A stretch of 64,000 nt of DNA from Bacilli bacterium. GTDB lineage: Bacteria; Bacillota_I; Bacilli_A; RFN20; CAG-826. The DNA is taken from positions 15,578 through 79,577 of the forward strand of contig JALCSW010000004.1 of assembly GCA_022653695.1 (NCBI GenBank). The letters run 5' to 3'. Below are positions 10,383-19,508 of the stretch, one piece after another (positions within the stretch are counted from its first letter, which is position 1; each line of letters starts with the position of its first letter). The notes under the pieces are model-generated. The model was not told the DNA's origin. It saw nothing but the letters and a program-made list of their open reading frames with translations, and did no database searches. A program made the position numbers and the translations under genes.

Positions 10383-11162
10383 ATGACTCAAATTATTTCC
10401 ATCGCCAATCAGAAAGGCGGGGTCGGGAAGACGACGACCGCGATCAACCTTTCGGCCGCCTTAGCCAAACAACGCCAAAAAGTGCTTTTGATCGATTTCG
10501 ACTCGCAAGGGAACGCGGGGCGGGGCCTCGGGGTCGACATCACTCTTCTCGAAAGGACCGTTTTCGACGCCCTCATCGGAAGGGTTGACGTCAATAAGTG
10601 CATTTTGCCATCGCCCCAAGAGGGGCTTTTCCTTTTGCCCAGCAACCTTAAACTCGCTTCCTTAGACGCTTTTTTTCAGGCCACCCCGAACCCCGAACCG
10701 TTTCGTCTTTTGGAGAAGGCGATCAAGGATCTGAAGGCGGAGTATGATTACATCATCATCGATTGCCCGCCTTCGCTTGGTCTTCTTTCCCTCAATGCCC
10801 TGACCGCTTCCGACGGGGTCATCATCCCCGTTCAGTGCGAGTATTTCGCGATGGAAGCTCTTGCCGCGATTCTTTCGACCATCACCAAAGTTCAGCACGA
10901 CTACAACCCAAGGCTTCGCATCGAGGGTTTCTTGCTTACGATGTATGACCCCCGGATTAGTTTGGCGACGGAGGTAGCCACCCAAGTCCGAGGCCTCTTC
11001 AAGGAAAACACTTTCATAATCGCCATTCCGCGCAACATCTCCTTGCCGGAAAGCTGCGCCAAAGGGTTGCCCGTCGGCAGTTGGCGGCCTTCCTCCCAAG
11101 GCGCGTTGGCTTACGCCGCCCTCGCCCGTGAGGTTTTGGACCATGACCAGGAAAAGCGGTAA
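10383..11162 (+). CDS. parA: ParA/Soj chromosome partitioning ATPase
   Basis: NQKGGVGKTTT, IDCPPSLG, IPVQCEYFA. Confidence 0.96.
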   Translation: MTQIISIANQKGGVGKTTTAINLSAALAKQRQKVLLIDFDSQGNAGRGLGVDITLLERTVFDALIGRVDVNKCILPSPQEGLFLLPSNLKLASLDAFFQATPNPEPFRLLEKAIKDLKAEYDYIIIDCPPSLGLLSLNALTASDGVIIPVQCEYFAMEALAAILSTITKVQHDYNPRLRIEGFLLTMYDPRISLATEVATQVRGLFKENTFIIAIPRNISLPESCAKGLPVGSWRPSSQGALAYAALAREVLDHDQEKR

Positions 11163-11988
11163 GCGTTTCGTTAAGGACAGCCTTTCCGATTTGGTTCGGA
11201 AGTTTTCCAAAAACGACGTTATCGCCGAAATCGAAAAGGAATACCAATCCCAAACCGGGCGCATTTTGCCTTTGTCCGTGATCGATGACAACGCCTTCGT
11301 CAAACGAGTCCGGCTGCCCGAAGAGGCGATATCCCAAGTTTCCAAGTCCATCGCCGAGAAAGGCCTTTGGAATCCTTTGGTCGTCCGGCCTTCGGGCGGC
11401 CATTATGAATTGATCCTTGGTCGAAAGAGGTTCTACGGAGCCAAAAGATCGGGGGTCGCGAGCGTCAATTGCGTCGTCGTTGACGTGGGGGACGAAGAAA
11501 CTTTGCTCATGCTTTTGGCGGACACCCGCGACCAAAGGAACGGCAACGTCGTTGAGATGGCTTTGGTTTATCAGGCCTTGATTCAGAAGTTCGATTATTC
11601 CCCCCAGACGTTGGCCAACTTATCCCATCAGTCGCGGAGCCAGGTGGCCAACACGATGCGTATTCTGAAACTCCCCGACCACATCATAACCGACCTTTGC
11701 TTAGGAAAATTGTCATATGGGCACGCGAAGGCCATCGCCTCTCTTTCCGACGAGGAGATCGAAGGCATATGCAAACTTATCCATCGGGAGAAACTCTCGG
11801 TCCGGGATACGGAGATTTTGGCCAAGCAATACTCCACGATCCCCCAAATCCAGGAATCGGAAGCCGACGACCTCAAAAGGGCGCTTGGGGCGACCGCGGT
11901 CGTCAGCCGGAGGACGTCGATTTCCATCTCTTTCGCGAGCCCGGAAAGGAAAAACGCGTTCGTCAAATCGCTTCTGAAAAAGAAATAA
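11143..11988 (+). CDS. parB: ParB/Spo0J family protein (divergent CTP motifs)
   Basis: SIAEKGLWNPLVVR, YELILGRKRF, HTH SRSQVANTMRIL, LSYGHAKA; follows parA. Confidence 0.88.
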   Translation: MTRKSGKRFVKDSLSDLVRKFSKNDVIAEIEKEYQSQTGRILPLSVIDDNAFVKRVRLPEEAISQVSKSIAEKGLWNPLVVRPSGGHYELILGRKRFYGAKRSGVASVNCVVVDVGDEETLLMLLADTRDQRNGNVVEMALVYQALIQKFDYSPQTLANLSHQSRSQVANTMRILKLPDHIITDLCLGKLSYGHAKAIASLSDEEIEGICKLIHREKLSVRDTEILAKQYSTIPQIQESEADDLKRALGATAVVSRRTSISISFASPERKNAFVKSLLKKK

Positions 11989-12003
11989 GGCGTAGACGGA
12001 GGC

Positions 12004-12031
12004 TTGCGATTCGTTTATACGCGACTATAAT
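12004..12031 (+). promoter_or_regulatory. SigA promoter of the FMN riboswitch/ribU transcript
   Basis: TTGCGA-16 nt-TATAAT directly before the aptamer. Confidence 0.7.
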
Positions 12032-12035
12032 GAAT

Positions 12036-12155
12036 CTAACTTCAGGGCGACGATAATTACGTCGACTGGCGGTAAAGCCCGCGAGCGTGGCAGAGGCCAA
12101 GCATGATCCGGTGTGACTCCGGAGCCAACGGTATAGTCCGGATATCAGAAGCAAC
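12036..12155 (+). ncRNA. FMN riboswitch (RFN element)
   Basis: CTTCAGGGC...GACTGGCGGTAAAGCCCGCGAGC...GATCCGGTGTGACTCCGGAGCCAACGGTATAGTCCGGAT...AGAAG matches the RFN consensus; upstream of a RibU-type S component. Confidence 0.93.
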
Positions 12156-12167
12156 TGAGATCGTTTT

Positions 12168-12196
12168 GCCCCCGAAGCGCGTTTGGGGGATTTTTT
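12168..12196 (+). terminator. Riboswitch expression-platform terminator, also covering the ribU RBS region
   Basis: CCCCCGAA-GCGCG-TTTGGGGG stem then A+TTTTTT, immediately before ATG 12197. Confidence 0.75.
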
Positions 12197-12907
12197 ATGG
12201 GCGGTGAAGTCAGGAACTGGATTGCGTTGGCGTTCTTTTTCCTCATTTGCGTCTTGACGGTCAAAGTCTACTCTTTGCAATCGAAGGCCAAGAGTTACGA
12301 TCGCGTGCGTTTTATGACGAGGGTCGCGATTTTCGGGGCGATTTCCTCGATTCTCTACGTGGTCGACATTTTTCAGATCCATTTGCCGTTTCTGCCGAGT
12401 TTCCTAGCCTTGCATTTCGATGAGATCCCCGCCTTTATCGCCGGTTTCGCCTATGGCCCTTGGGCCGGATTCGCGGTCATCGCCATCAAGACGGTCATCA
12501 AAATGCCGTTCACGAGGACCCTTTTGGTCGGCGAGTTGTCGGATTTGGTTTTCTCGACGGTCTTCGTGGTCCCGGCCGCCCTCATCTACAAAAAAAGGCG
12601 CGATCTCAAAGGGGTGGCTCTCGGTTTTGCCGTTTCCTCCGTCCTTCAGCTTATCGTGTCGGCGGTGATGAACGTGTACGCGATGCTCCCCTTTTACATC
12701 TACGTCATGGGTTTCACCAAAGAGGGGTTGCTCGCCCTTTGCCAGCTCGCCAACCCCGCCATCACGGATTTGGGCTGGACTTACGCCGCCTTCGCCGTGG
12801 TGCCGCTGAACCTCATTAAAGACGCGGCGGTCATCGTTATGACGTTTATCGTCTATCGCAGCATCCATAAGCTCCTTCATTTCGACCATCCGCCGAAGCG
12901 GGCATAA
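12197..12907 (+). CDS. ribU: ECF transporter S component, riboflavin (RibU)
   Basis: PFLPSFLALHFDEIPAFIAGFAYGPWAG, PLNLIK; hydrophobic; under an FMN riboswitch. Confidence 0.88.
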   Translation: MGGEVRNWIALAFFFLICVLTVKVYSLQSKAKSYDRVRFMTRVAIFGAISSILYVVDIFQIHLPFLPSFLALHFDEIPAFIAGFAYGPWAGFAVIAIKTVIKMPFTRTLLVGELSDLVFSTVFVVPAALIYKKRRDLKGVALGFAVSSVLQLIVSAVMNVYAMLPFYIYVMGFTKEGLLALCQLANPAITDLGWTYAAFAVVPLNLIKDAAVIVMTFIVYRSIHKLLHFDHPPKRA

Positions 12908-12937
12908 AAAAAGCAAGCCTTGAGGGCTCGCTTTTTT
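12906..12937. terminator. Bidirectional intrinsic terminator
   Basis: A-run, GCAAGCC/GGCTCGC stem, T-run between convergent ribU and ferredoxin. Confidence 0.75.
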
Positions 12938-12950
12938 ATTTTTGTCGTTT

Positions 12951-13139
12951 CTACTCAACGATGATGGCGCCGGCGGGGCAATTCGCGACGGCCTCGTCGA
13001 TCGCGGCATCGTCGGTCGCCGGGCCCGCTGTAGCCTGGGCCTTGCCGTCATCCCCGAACTCAAAGACGGCCGGGACGGTTCCGACGCAAAGTCCGCAACC
13101 GATGCAAAGATCTTTATTCACTGTAACTTTTTTAGCCAT
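12951..13139 (-). CDS. Single-cluster ferredoxin
   Basis: CIGCGLC...CPAGAI; GGGAGG RBS. Confidence 0.93.
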   Translation of the reverse strand: MAKKVTVNKDLCIGCGLCVGTVPAVFEFGDDGKAQATAGPATDDAAIDEAVANCPAGAIIVE

Positions 13140-13256
13140 TGATATGTCCTCCCATATGGCACAAGTGGATTATAGGGTTAAATAAGCGGGACTTCAATGT
13201 GACTTTTTCAAATCCCGTTTCGTTCCTACCCTTATTGAGGGTAGAATAACTCCGGT

Positions 13257-13571
13257 ATGAAAACGCGCATGGGGAAATGGTCGTCTTATCGGGATAGAAT
13301 TGCCGCCATGCCTAGCGGCAAGTTCCCCGTTTCCAAACGGGCGGGGACCCCGATGGGGCTAAGCGAACGCTCTTTCGTGGGGTCTCTTTCAAAAAGCAAA
13401 AACGCGATCCGGCCCAATTCGGCGGTCGCGGCCCTTCCGAGAAAAAAATCGACCCCTTATTCCGTCTACGCCAAACGTAAGAGGGGGTGGCTGATCGCCA
13501 AGTTCGCGTTGCTGGCCTTGGTGGCGATCGGTTTCATCATTCTATGGTTTTATTGGGTCCGGAAGGCTTAA
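13257..13571 (+). CDS. Hypothetical basic protein with C-terminal transmembrane anchor
   Basis: Lys/Arg-rich; C-terminal WLIAKFALLALVAIGFIILWFYW; 4 bp before cmk. Confidence 0.7.
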   Translation: MKTRMGKWSSYRDRIAAMPSGKFPVSKRAGTPMGLSERSFVGSLSKSKNAIRPNSAVAALPRKKSTPYSVYAKRKRGWLIAKFALLALVAIGFIILWFYWVRKA

Positions 13572-13575
13572 AATA

Positions 13576-14265
13576 ATGGGCATGGGAAAAGTTGTTTCAG
13601 TCGCCATCGACGGCCCGGCCGCCGCTGGCAAAAGCACCGTCGCGAAGAAGGTCGCCTCTATTTTGGGTTTCACTTACATCGACACCGGCGCCATGTATCG
13701 CGCCGTCACGTGGGCCGTCATCAAAAAAGGCCTCGATCCGAAGGACGAAGACCAATCGGTTGCCCTGCTGCCGGGGATGGAAATCGAGCTTTTGCCCGAT
13801 GGCCGCGTGATTTGCAACCAAGAGGATGTCACCAAAGTCATCAGGGAGCCCCTTGTTTCGGGAAACGTTAGCTATATCGCGGCCATGAAGCCCATTCGGC
13901 TGGCTCTCGTCGACATGCAGCGGGCGATGGCCCAAAAAAAATCCGTCGTCATGGACGGCCGCGACATCGGAACCTACGTTTTGCCGGACGCCGACGTGAA
14001 GATCTACCAAATCGCCTCCGTTGAGACGAGGGCGGTCCGCCGTTACGACGAGAACGTTCTCAAAGGCATCAACACCACGCTTAAGGAAGTGGAGGAGGAC
14101 GTGCGCAAACGCGACTACATCGACTCGCACCGCGAGTTCGCCCCTTTGAAGCCCGCCGTCGACAGCGTTTTGATCGATACCTCTTTCATGACGGTCGATC
14201 AGGCCGTCGACGCCGTTTTGAAAGTGATTTCCGCCAAGACCGGAATCGAAGTCCCATGTCACTAG
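13576..14265 (+). CDS. cmk: Cytidylate kinase
   Basis: AIDGPAAAGKST, DTGAMYRA, MDGRDIGT. Confidence 0.97.
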   Translation: MGMGKVVSVAIDGPAAAGKSTVAKKVASILGFTYIDTGAMYRAVTWAVIKKGLDPKDEDQSVALLPGMEIELLPDGRVICNQEDVTKVIREPLVSGNVSYIAAMKPIRLALVDMQRAMAQKKSVVMDGRDIGTYVLPDADVKIYQIASVETRAVRRYDENVLKGINTTLKEVEEDVRKRDYIDSHREFAPLKPAVDSVLIDTSFMTVDQAVDAVLKVISAKTGIEVPCH

Positions 14266-15563
14266 GAACGTTGGCTATCGTCGGGGCTCCTTCGGTTGGG
14301 AAATCCACCATCTTTAACCGTATCGTCGGCGAACGTCGCTCCATCGTCGAGCAGACGCGCGGCATCACGCGGGACCGCCTTTACGCGAAAGCCGTTTGGC
14401 TCACGAAGACCTTCACCGTCATTGACACCGGCGGCATTCAGATCAAAAACGTGCCCTTTCAGGAAGAAATCCGCTCCCAGGTTGAGATAGCGATCCAGCA
14501 GGCGGACGCCATCCTTTTCTTGGTCGATGGCAAGATCGGCCTCACGGGCGACGACAGATTCATCGCCAAACTTCTTTACAAATGTCGAAAACCCGTCATT
14601 TTGGGCGTCAATAAAATCGACAACATCAACGAAATCGGAAACAAAGCGGATTTCTACGCGCTTGGCTTTGGCGATCCAATAGCCCTTTCGGGCGCCCACG
14701 GCATCGGAATCGGGGACGCTTTGGATCTCATCATCAAAAAACTGCCGGAAAAAGAAACCCCGGATTACGGCGACGCGATTGCCTTCTCGCTCATCGGGCG
14801 TCCCAACGTCGGAAAAAGCTCGCTCGCCAATCGCCTCATTGGGGAAAAGCGCACCATCGTGAGCGATATCGCCGGGACCACGCGCGACTCCGTCGATTCG
14901 CCCTTCGAAAGGAACGGCCACCGCTACGTCGTTATCGACACGGCCGGTCTCCTCAAGCGTGGCAAAATATACGAAGCGGTGGATAAATATGCCTCCATCA
15001 GGGCCCTCTCCGCCATCGACCGCTCCGAGGTCGCGGTTCTCGTCATCGACGCGAACGCGGGGATTCTGGAGCAGGACAAGCACGTTGTCGGCTATGCCGT
15101 CGATGCCAAGAAAGCCATCGTCATCGTGGTCAACAAATGGGATTTGGCCAAAAAAGGCCCAGACGCCCAAAAGGAATTCACCGAACGGATCCGGTCCGGA
15201 TTCAAATTCCTGGATTACGCCAGCGTCGTTTTCTGCTCGGCCCTCACGGGCTCTGGCCTCGACAAAATCCTTGAGGCGATCGCCATGGCTTACGACGGTT
15301 ACAACCGCCGCATCGGAACCTCGGTCCTCAATCGCCTCATCATGGACGCTCAGACTTTCAACCCCACCCCGGAATTCAACCATGGGCGCCTTAAGATCAT
15401 CTACGCGAATCAAGTCGCGGTATGTCCCCCGACTTTCGTTCTTTTCTGCAACGACCCTTCTTTCGCTCATTTCAGCTACACCCGCTACCTGGAGAACAAA
15501 CTGCGCGGGGCTTACGACTTCTCAGGCAGCCCGATCAACCTCATTTACCGTCAACGCAAATAG
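14256..15563 (+). CDS. der: Ribosome biogenesis GTPase Der (EngA)
   Basis: Two G domains (GAPSVGKS/DTGG/NKID; GRPNVGKS/DTAG/NKWD) plus KH-like C-terminus. Confidence 0.97.
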   Translation: MSLGTLAIVGAPSVGKSTIFNRIVGERRSIVEQTRGITRDRLYAKAVWLTKTFTVIDTGGIQIKNVPFQEEIRSQVEIAIQQADAILFLVDGKIGLTGDDRFIAKLLYKCRKPVILGVNKIDNINEIGNKADFYALGFGDPIALSGAHGIGIGDALDLIIKKLPEKETPDYGDAIAFSLIGRPNVGKSSLANRLIGEKRTIVSDIAGTTRDSVDSPFERNGHRYVVIDTAGLLKRGKIYEAVDKYASIRALSAIDRSEVAVLVIDANAGILEQDKHVVGYAVDAKKAIVIVVNKWDLAKKGPDAQKEFTERIRSGFKFLDYASVVFCSALTGSGLDKILEAIAMAYDGYNRRIGTSVLNRLIMDAQTFNPTPEFNHGRLKIIYANQVAVCPPTFVLFCNDPSFAHFSYTRYLENKLRGAYDFSGSPINLIYRQRK

Positions 15564-15815
15564 GGGGTTCCTCCGTATTTTTGGATTTCCGCCCCCGCGC
15601 TCGCCTTTCTCTCTTCGGCGGGCCCTCGCTTGGGATTTTTAGCCCCTTCAAACCGTGACTGTTTTTACAATTTAAAAAAACATTCGATGGTTTGTGATAA
15701 AATTTTATTTGTTTAGTTGGCATCGAACTTTTTTGGAACTTGTTAGCCCAATCCTCACTTAATCGCTTTAGTCGATTTCGAATGATTTGGAAGGGCTTAC
15801 AAAAACTAAAAAAAG

Positions 15816-15844
15816 TTGCAAAAGCCTAGGTGCGGTGCTACTTT
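15816..15844 (+). promoter_or_regulatory. SigA promoter of hup
   Basis: TTGCAA-17 nt-TACTTT with extended TG; AGGAGG RBS downstream. Confidence 0.6.
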
Positions 15845-15878
15845 GTAGGTAACCGATTTAGCATAGGAGGAATTATCC

Positions 15879-16151
15879 ATGAACAAAGCTGAATTAGTCG
15901 TCGAAGTCGCTGAGAAGGCTGAGCTCTCGAAAAGAGATGCCGAAGCCGCGATCGATGCCGTTCTTGAAGTGATCGAAGCCGCCCTCATCAAGGGTGAGAT
16001 TGTCAAACTCTCGGGCTTTGGAATTTTCGCCAAGAAACATCGTGCCGCCCGTGATGGAACCAATCCGGCCACCCAGCAGAAGATCAAGATCCCTGCCAGC
16101 GCCTCCGTTTCCTTCAAAGTCAGCAAGGCCCTAAAAGACAAGCTTAACTAA
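15879..16151 (+). CDS. hup: DNA-binding protein HU
   Basis: MNKAELV...LSGFGIF...ARDGTNPAT...FKVSKALKD. Confidence 0.96.
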   Translation: MNKAELVVEVAEKAELSKRDAEAAIDAVLEVIEAALIKGEIVKLSGFGIFAKKHRAARDGTNPATQQKIKIPASASVSFKVSKALKDKLN

Positions 16152-16170
16152 GCCCGGTTCTTAAAAGCCA

Positions 16171-16199
16171 AAAAGAGCCTCGCTTCGGCGGGGCTTTTC
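16171..16199 (+). terminator. Intrinsic terminator after hup
   Basis: AGAGCCTCGC-TTCG-GCGGGGCTTTT. Confidence 0.8.
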
Positions 16200-16221
16200 T
16201 TATGCTAAGATAAGGAAGGTT

Positions 16222-16839
16222 ATGATCGATCCCTTTTTTGACGAACTGAAGAAGACGTATAAGGCGAACGGCTATCGCCTCTATATCGTCGGCGGCTCCG
16301 TTCGCGATTCCCTGTTGGGTCGCCCTTTCTCCGACCATGATTTCGTCACCGACGCCACTCCCGATCAGGAGCGTCTTTTTTTGCCCGACGCCTCTTTCGT
16401 TTTCGCCCGTTTTGGCTCCGTTCGCCTCAAGAGGGAAGGCCAGGAGATCGACGTCACGACGTTAAGGGAGGAAGGGGGCTATGGCGATTTCAGGCATCCG
16501 TCCAAGATCGTTTTCGTGAAGGAACCCTCCCTTGACTACAAACGCCGCGATTTCACCATCAACGCCCTTTACTTGGACGAAAATTACCACTTGCTTGATT
16601 TTTGCCATGGGGAAGACGATCTGAAGGCTCGTCTCATCCGTTTTATCGGCGACCCCTTCCTCCGCGTTCATGAGGACCCCCTTCGCATCCTTCGCGCGGA
16701 GCGTTTCATGAAGGCCCTCGGTTTCTCCCTTGAGGCGGAAACGGCGCGGGCCATCGAGGAAAACCGATTTCTTTTGCGAAAGCTAAACCCCGAGAAGGTC
16801 AAAGAGGAGGAGCGGAAGCTCCTTTCTAGTGTAAAATAG
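16222..16839 (+). CDS. cca: Class II tRNA nucleotidyltransferase (CCA-adding family), short
   Basis: VGGSVRDSLLG, DHD, RRDFTINA, EDPLRILRA. Confidence 0.88.
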   Translation: MIDPFFDELKKTYKANGYRLYIVGGSVRDSLLGRPFSDHDFVTDATPDQERLFLPDASFVFARFGSVRLKREGQEIDVTTLREEGGYGDFRHPSKIVFVKEPSLDYKRRDFTINALYLDENYHLLDFCHGEDDLKARLIRFIGDPFLRVHEDPLRILRAERFMKALGFSLEAETARAIEENRFLLRKLNPEKVKEEERKLLSSVK

Positions 16840-16843
16840 CCCT

Positions 16844-17512
16844 ATGACCAAAAGCGCATTGATGTCGGCGGTGGATTTCCGTTACGTCCTCATCGACTCT
16901 TATAAACGGATGGGCCTAAACGAAGACGAACTCGCGGTCATTCTTTCGATCGACCACCTTCTTGAGCAGGGAAACACGTTCGTGACCGCCGATAGCCTTT
17001 CGATGAAAATGACGTTCAAACCTGAGAAAATCGACAAACTGATGGTTTCCCTCGTTAACAAAGGATATTTGCTCTACGACGCTTCTTCCGGCAAGATGCG
17101 AACCTCTTTGGATGCCCTCAAAGAAAAGGTTTACCAAACGTTCCAAAAGAGCTTGGAACGCAATCAGGCCAATCTCATGAGCCAGGAGCGGAACGATCGG
17201 ATTTCGAAGCTGGTCGCCTTCTTCGAAAGCAAACTTAACCGCACCCTTTCCCCCCTTGAGAACCAGACGATCGGCGAATGGCTCGACAGCGGTTATCAGG
17301 ACGAGGAAATCGAGAACGCCCTTTTGGATTCCTTGGCCCAAAACAAAAAGAACCTTCGTTTCGTCGACAAGTGCCTTCGGGCCAAACGGGTTGCTTCCGA
17401 CGTGGCGAAAGAAGGGGCCTCCGGAGTCACCGCAACCTGGGACAAAGACATCGAAAAGACCTTGGATCTGGCCAAGAAAATGTGGGGTGCCGACAGCGGT
17501 GGCTCCAAGTGA
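16844..17512 (+). CDS. dnaD: DnaD family replication protein
   Basis: N-terminal winged helix; FESKLNRTLSPLE...W; FVDKCL variant of YxxxIL; dnaD-nth order as in Bacillus. Confidence 0.85.
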   Translation: MTKSALMSAVDFRYVLIDSYKRMGLNEDELAVILSIDHLLEQGNTFVTADSLSMKMTFKPEKIDKLMVSLVNKGYLLYDASSGKMRTSLDALKEKVYQTFQKSLERNQANLMSQERNDRISKLVAFFESKLNRTLSPLENQTIGEWLDSGYQDEEIENALLDSLAQNKKNLRFVDKCLRAKRVASDVAKEGASGVTATWDKDIEKTLDLAKKMWGADSGGSK

Positions 17513-18143
17513 GGTCGTCCTATCGTATCTAAAGAGCCGGTTCCCTGAGGCCAAATGCGCCTTGGTTTTCCATAACGATTTCGAGTGCCTGTGCGCTATC
17601 GTCATGAGCGCTCAGACGACCGATCGGGCGGTCAATCGGGTCACGCCGCGGCTCTTTTCGGACTTCCCGACGCCCGCGGCGCTCTCGTCAGCCCCTTTGG
17701 AAAAGGTCGAAAGCGACATCCGCTCTTTGGGCCTTTATCGCTCCAAAGCCAAAAACCTCATCGCCCTCAGCAAAGCGATCCAAGGGTCTTTTGGGGGGAG
17801 AATTCCTCAGGATCGCTCTCTTTTGATGGGCCTTCCGGGAGTGGGCAAAAAGACGGCGGGCGTTTATTTGATTGAGACGAAAGGCATTCCCGCCATCCCC
17901 GTCGACACGCACGTCTCCCGCGTCGCTTCGCGTCTTGGCTATGTCAAAAAGGGGACCGATCCCGGCCGCATCGAGGAAAAGCTTGAAAGGGTGTTTCCGC
18001 AAGGCGAATGGATTTATCTCCACCACGCGTTCGTCGAGTTCGGCCGCGCCGTTTGCCATGCCCAGAACCCCGCCTGCCGCGAATGCGGGCTTGTGGGCGT
18101 TTGCCCTTATTTCAAGAAAAACCTTTCGACCAAAGGCAAGTAA
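17499..18143 (+). CDS. nth: Endonuclease III
   Basis: SAQTTD, HhH LPGVGKKTA, VDTHV, C-x6-C-x2-C-x5-C; start (GTG 17499) estimated. Confidence 0.93.
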   Translation: MAPSEVVLSYLKSRFPEAKCALVFHNDFECLCAIVMSAQTTDRAVNRVTPRLFSDFPTPAALSSAPLEKVESDIRSLGLYRSKAKNLIALSKAIQGSFGGRIPQDRSLLMGLPGVGKKTAGVYLIETKGIPAIPVDTHVSRVASRLGYVKKGTDPGRIEEKLERVFPQGEWIYLHHAFVEFGRAVCHAQNPACRECGLVGVCPYFKKNLSTKGK

Positions 18144-18688
18144 TCGTAACGGGGCCGATACCCTTCTTTGACGAGATGGCCGTTCTTTTGGCAATCGCGG
18201 TACGGGATCGATTTGCGGGGTTTGCATTCATAGAAATCGCAGACATAGGAGGCGTCGAGGACGTAGGTTTCCCCATGGGCGTACCAGTTGATGATGAAGA
18301 AAGCGATGCCCCCGTTTTTTTGGACGTTTCGGAGATGCCGCACTTGCTGAGGGGCGATGTTGCCTAACGGAAAGGAGGTCTTGCTCCGGGTGGATTTGGC
18401 CTCGAAGTCAAGGTAATGGCCCTTATAGACGCCGTTATAGTCGGTCGTGCTTTGGGCTTCGAAGTAGGCTTGGGTGATTTTGGCCCCATGCGCGTAATCG
18501 ACTTTCACGATGTTGATCGGGGTGGGGCGCTTATAGATGAGCGCCAACCCTTTTTCCAGGTAATATCCATTCGTGTCGTTGATGTCTTTTTCGAATCCCA
18601 TCCCGCGGTTGGCCGCGCTCGGGATTTTCCTTTTCGCGCGCTTTTCCGCGGGCACGAATTTCCGCCCATCGGGATAGCAAGGGGTCAT
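18107..18688 (-). CDS. recU: Holliday junction resolvase RecU
   Basis: NRGMGFE, KRPTPI, STTDYNGVYKG, DFEAK. Confidence 0.96.
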   Translation of the reverse strand: MTPCYPDGRKFVPAEKRAKRKIPSAANRGMGFEKDINDTNGYYLEKGLALIYKRPTPINIVKVDYAHGAKITQAYFEAQSTTDYNGVYKGHYLDFEAKSTRSKTSFPLGNIAPQQVRHLRNVQKNGGIAFFIINWYAHGETYVLDASYVCDFYECKPRKSIPYRDCQKNGHLVKEGYRPRYDYLPLVERFFLK

Positions 18689-19464
18689 TGCAGGGAATCC
18701 TTGATGGCGTTTTCCCAGATTATGGGGGTCACGGTGTCGCCGTCGCTAAGTTTTCTTAAGACCGTGGCGATCGGCTTTGGCAGATGGCGGGTCAAGCACA
18801 GGGTCTTCTTGTATTCCCGCTGGACGACGTCGGGACGATCGAGGAAAGCCTCATAGAGATCCATCAGGTTAAGGGCGTCCACCTTGGCGTCATGGGCCTT
18901 CCCTTCGAAAGGAACGCCGAAGACCTTCAGATAGTTCGTCAGGGAATAGGGGTTGTTGTTGTCGTCGCGGACGTAAGTGGCGAGGAAGGCCGAGAAATCG
19001 AGGTAGTTCTTATGGATGTGGCGGGCGAATTCCTTGCTCGCGTCGCCCGAGCAATAGACGCTGGCCTCGATGATTTTGAGATCGAAATTGCCGAAAGTGA
19101 CGAAAACGCAATTCTTGACGTTCTTTTTGAGGTATTTTTGGAAAAGCGTCATCGCCGCGGGGAAGCTGATCCCCTTCGTTTCCAGGGTCTTTTCGGTGAT
19201 ACCGGTCATTTTCTCGACGATGCGTCCGATTGGATGGGTGGCCTTCACATAGGCGGAGAACCCCTTGTCGCGTTTCCTGAGGCGGAGATCGTCATCGAGG
19301 AAAGCCGTGTAGGCCCCGATTTCGATCATCTCGTGGCTCAGTTGGGTGCCCTCGAGGTCCACGAAAACGAGGACGCGTTTGTCTTTGATCGCTTTCCGCA
19401 GGGCTTTCATCGAGGCAATTTTACCACCTTCGTCCGTTTTGGCGGAAATGAGTTCCTCCTCCAT
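18685..19464 (-). CDS. DEDDh 3'-5' exonuclease (KapD/ERI-1-like)
   Basis: VDLEGT, IEIGA, MTGIT, GNFD, HDAKVDA. Confidence 0.85.
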   Translation of the reverse strand: MEEELISAKTDEGGKIASMKALRKAIKDKRVLVFVDLEGTQLSHEMIEIGAYTAFLDDDLRLRKRDKGFSAYVKATHPIGRIVEKMTGITEKTLETKGISFPAAMTLFQKYLKKNVKNCVFVTFGNFDLKIIEASVYCSGDASKEFARHIHKNYLDFSAFLATYVRDDNNNPYSLTNYLKVFGVPFEGKAHDAKVDALNLMDLYEAFLDRPDVVQREYKKTLCLTRHLPKPIATVLRKLSDGDTVTPIIWENAIKDSLQ

Positions 19465-19508
19465 TGAAGAAAACCCCTATCTTCGATATAATCGAAGTCG
19501 ACCGTCAT

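Noticed and set aside
7778-12035. Possible oriC near mnmG/rsmG/parAB
   Set aside because: No dnaA, no cluster of TTATCCACA boxes and no sizeable intergenic gap seen.
14256-14320. Der GD1 P-loop GAPSVGKS instead of GRPNVGKS
   Set aside because: GxxxxGKS is intact; probably lineage drift.
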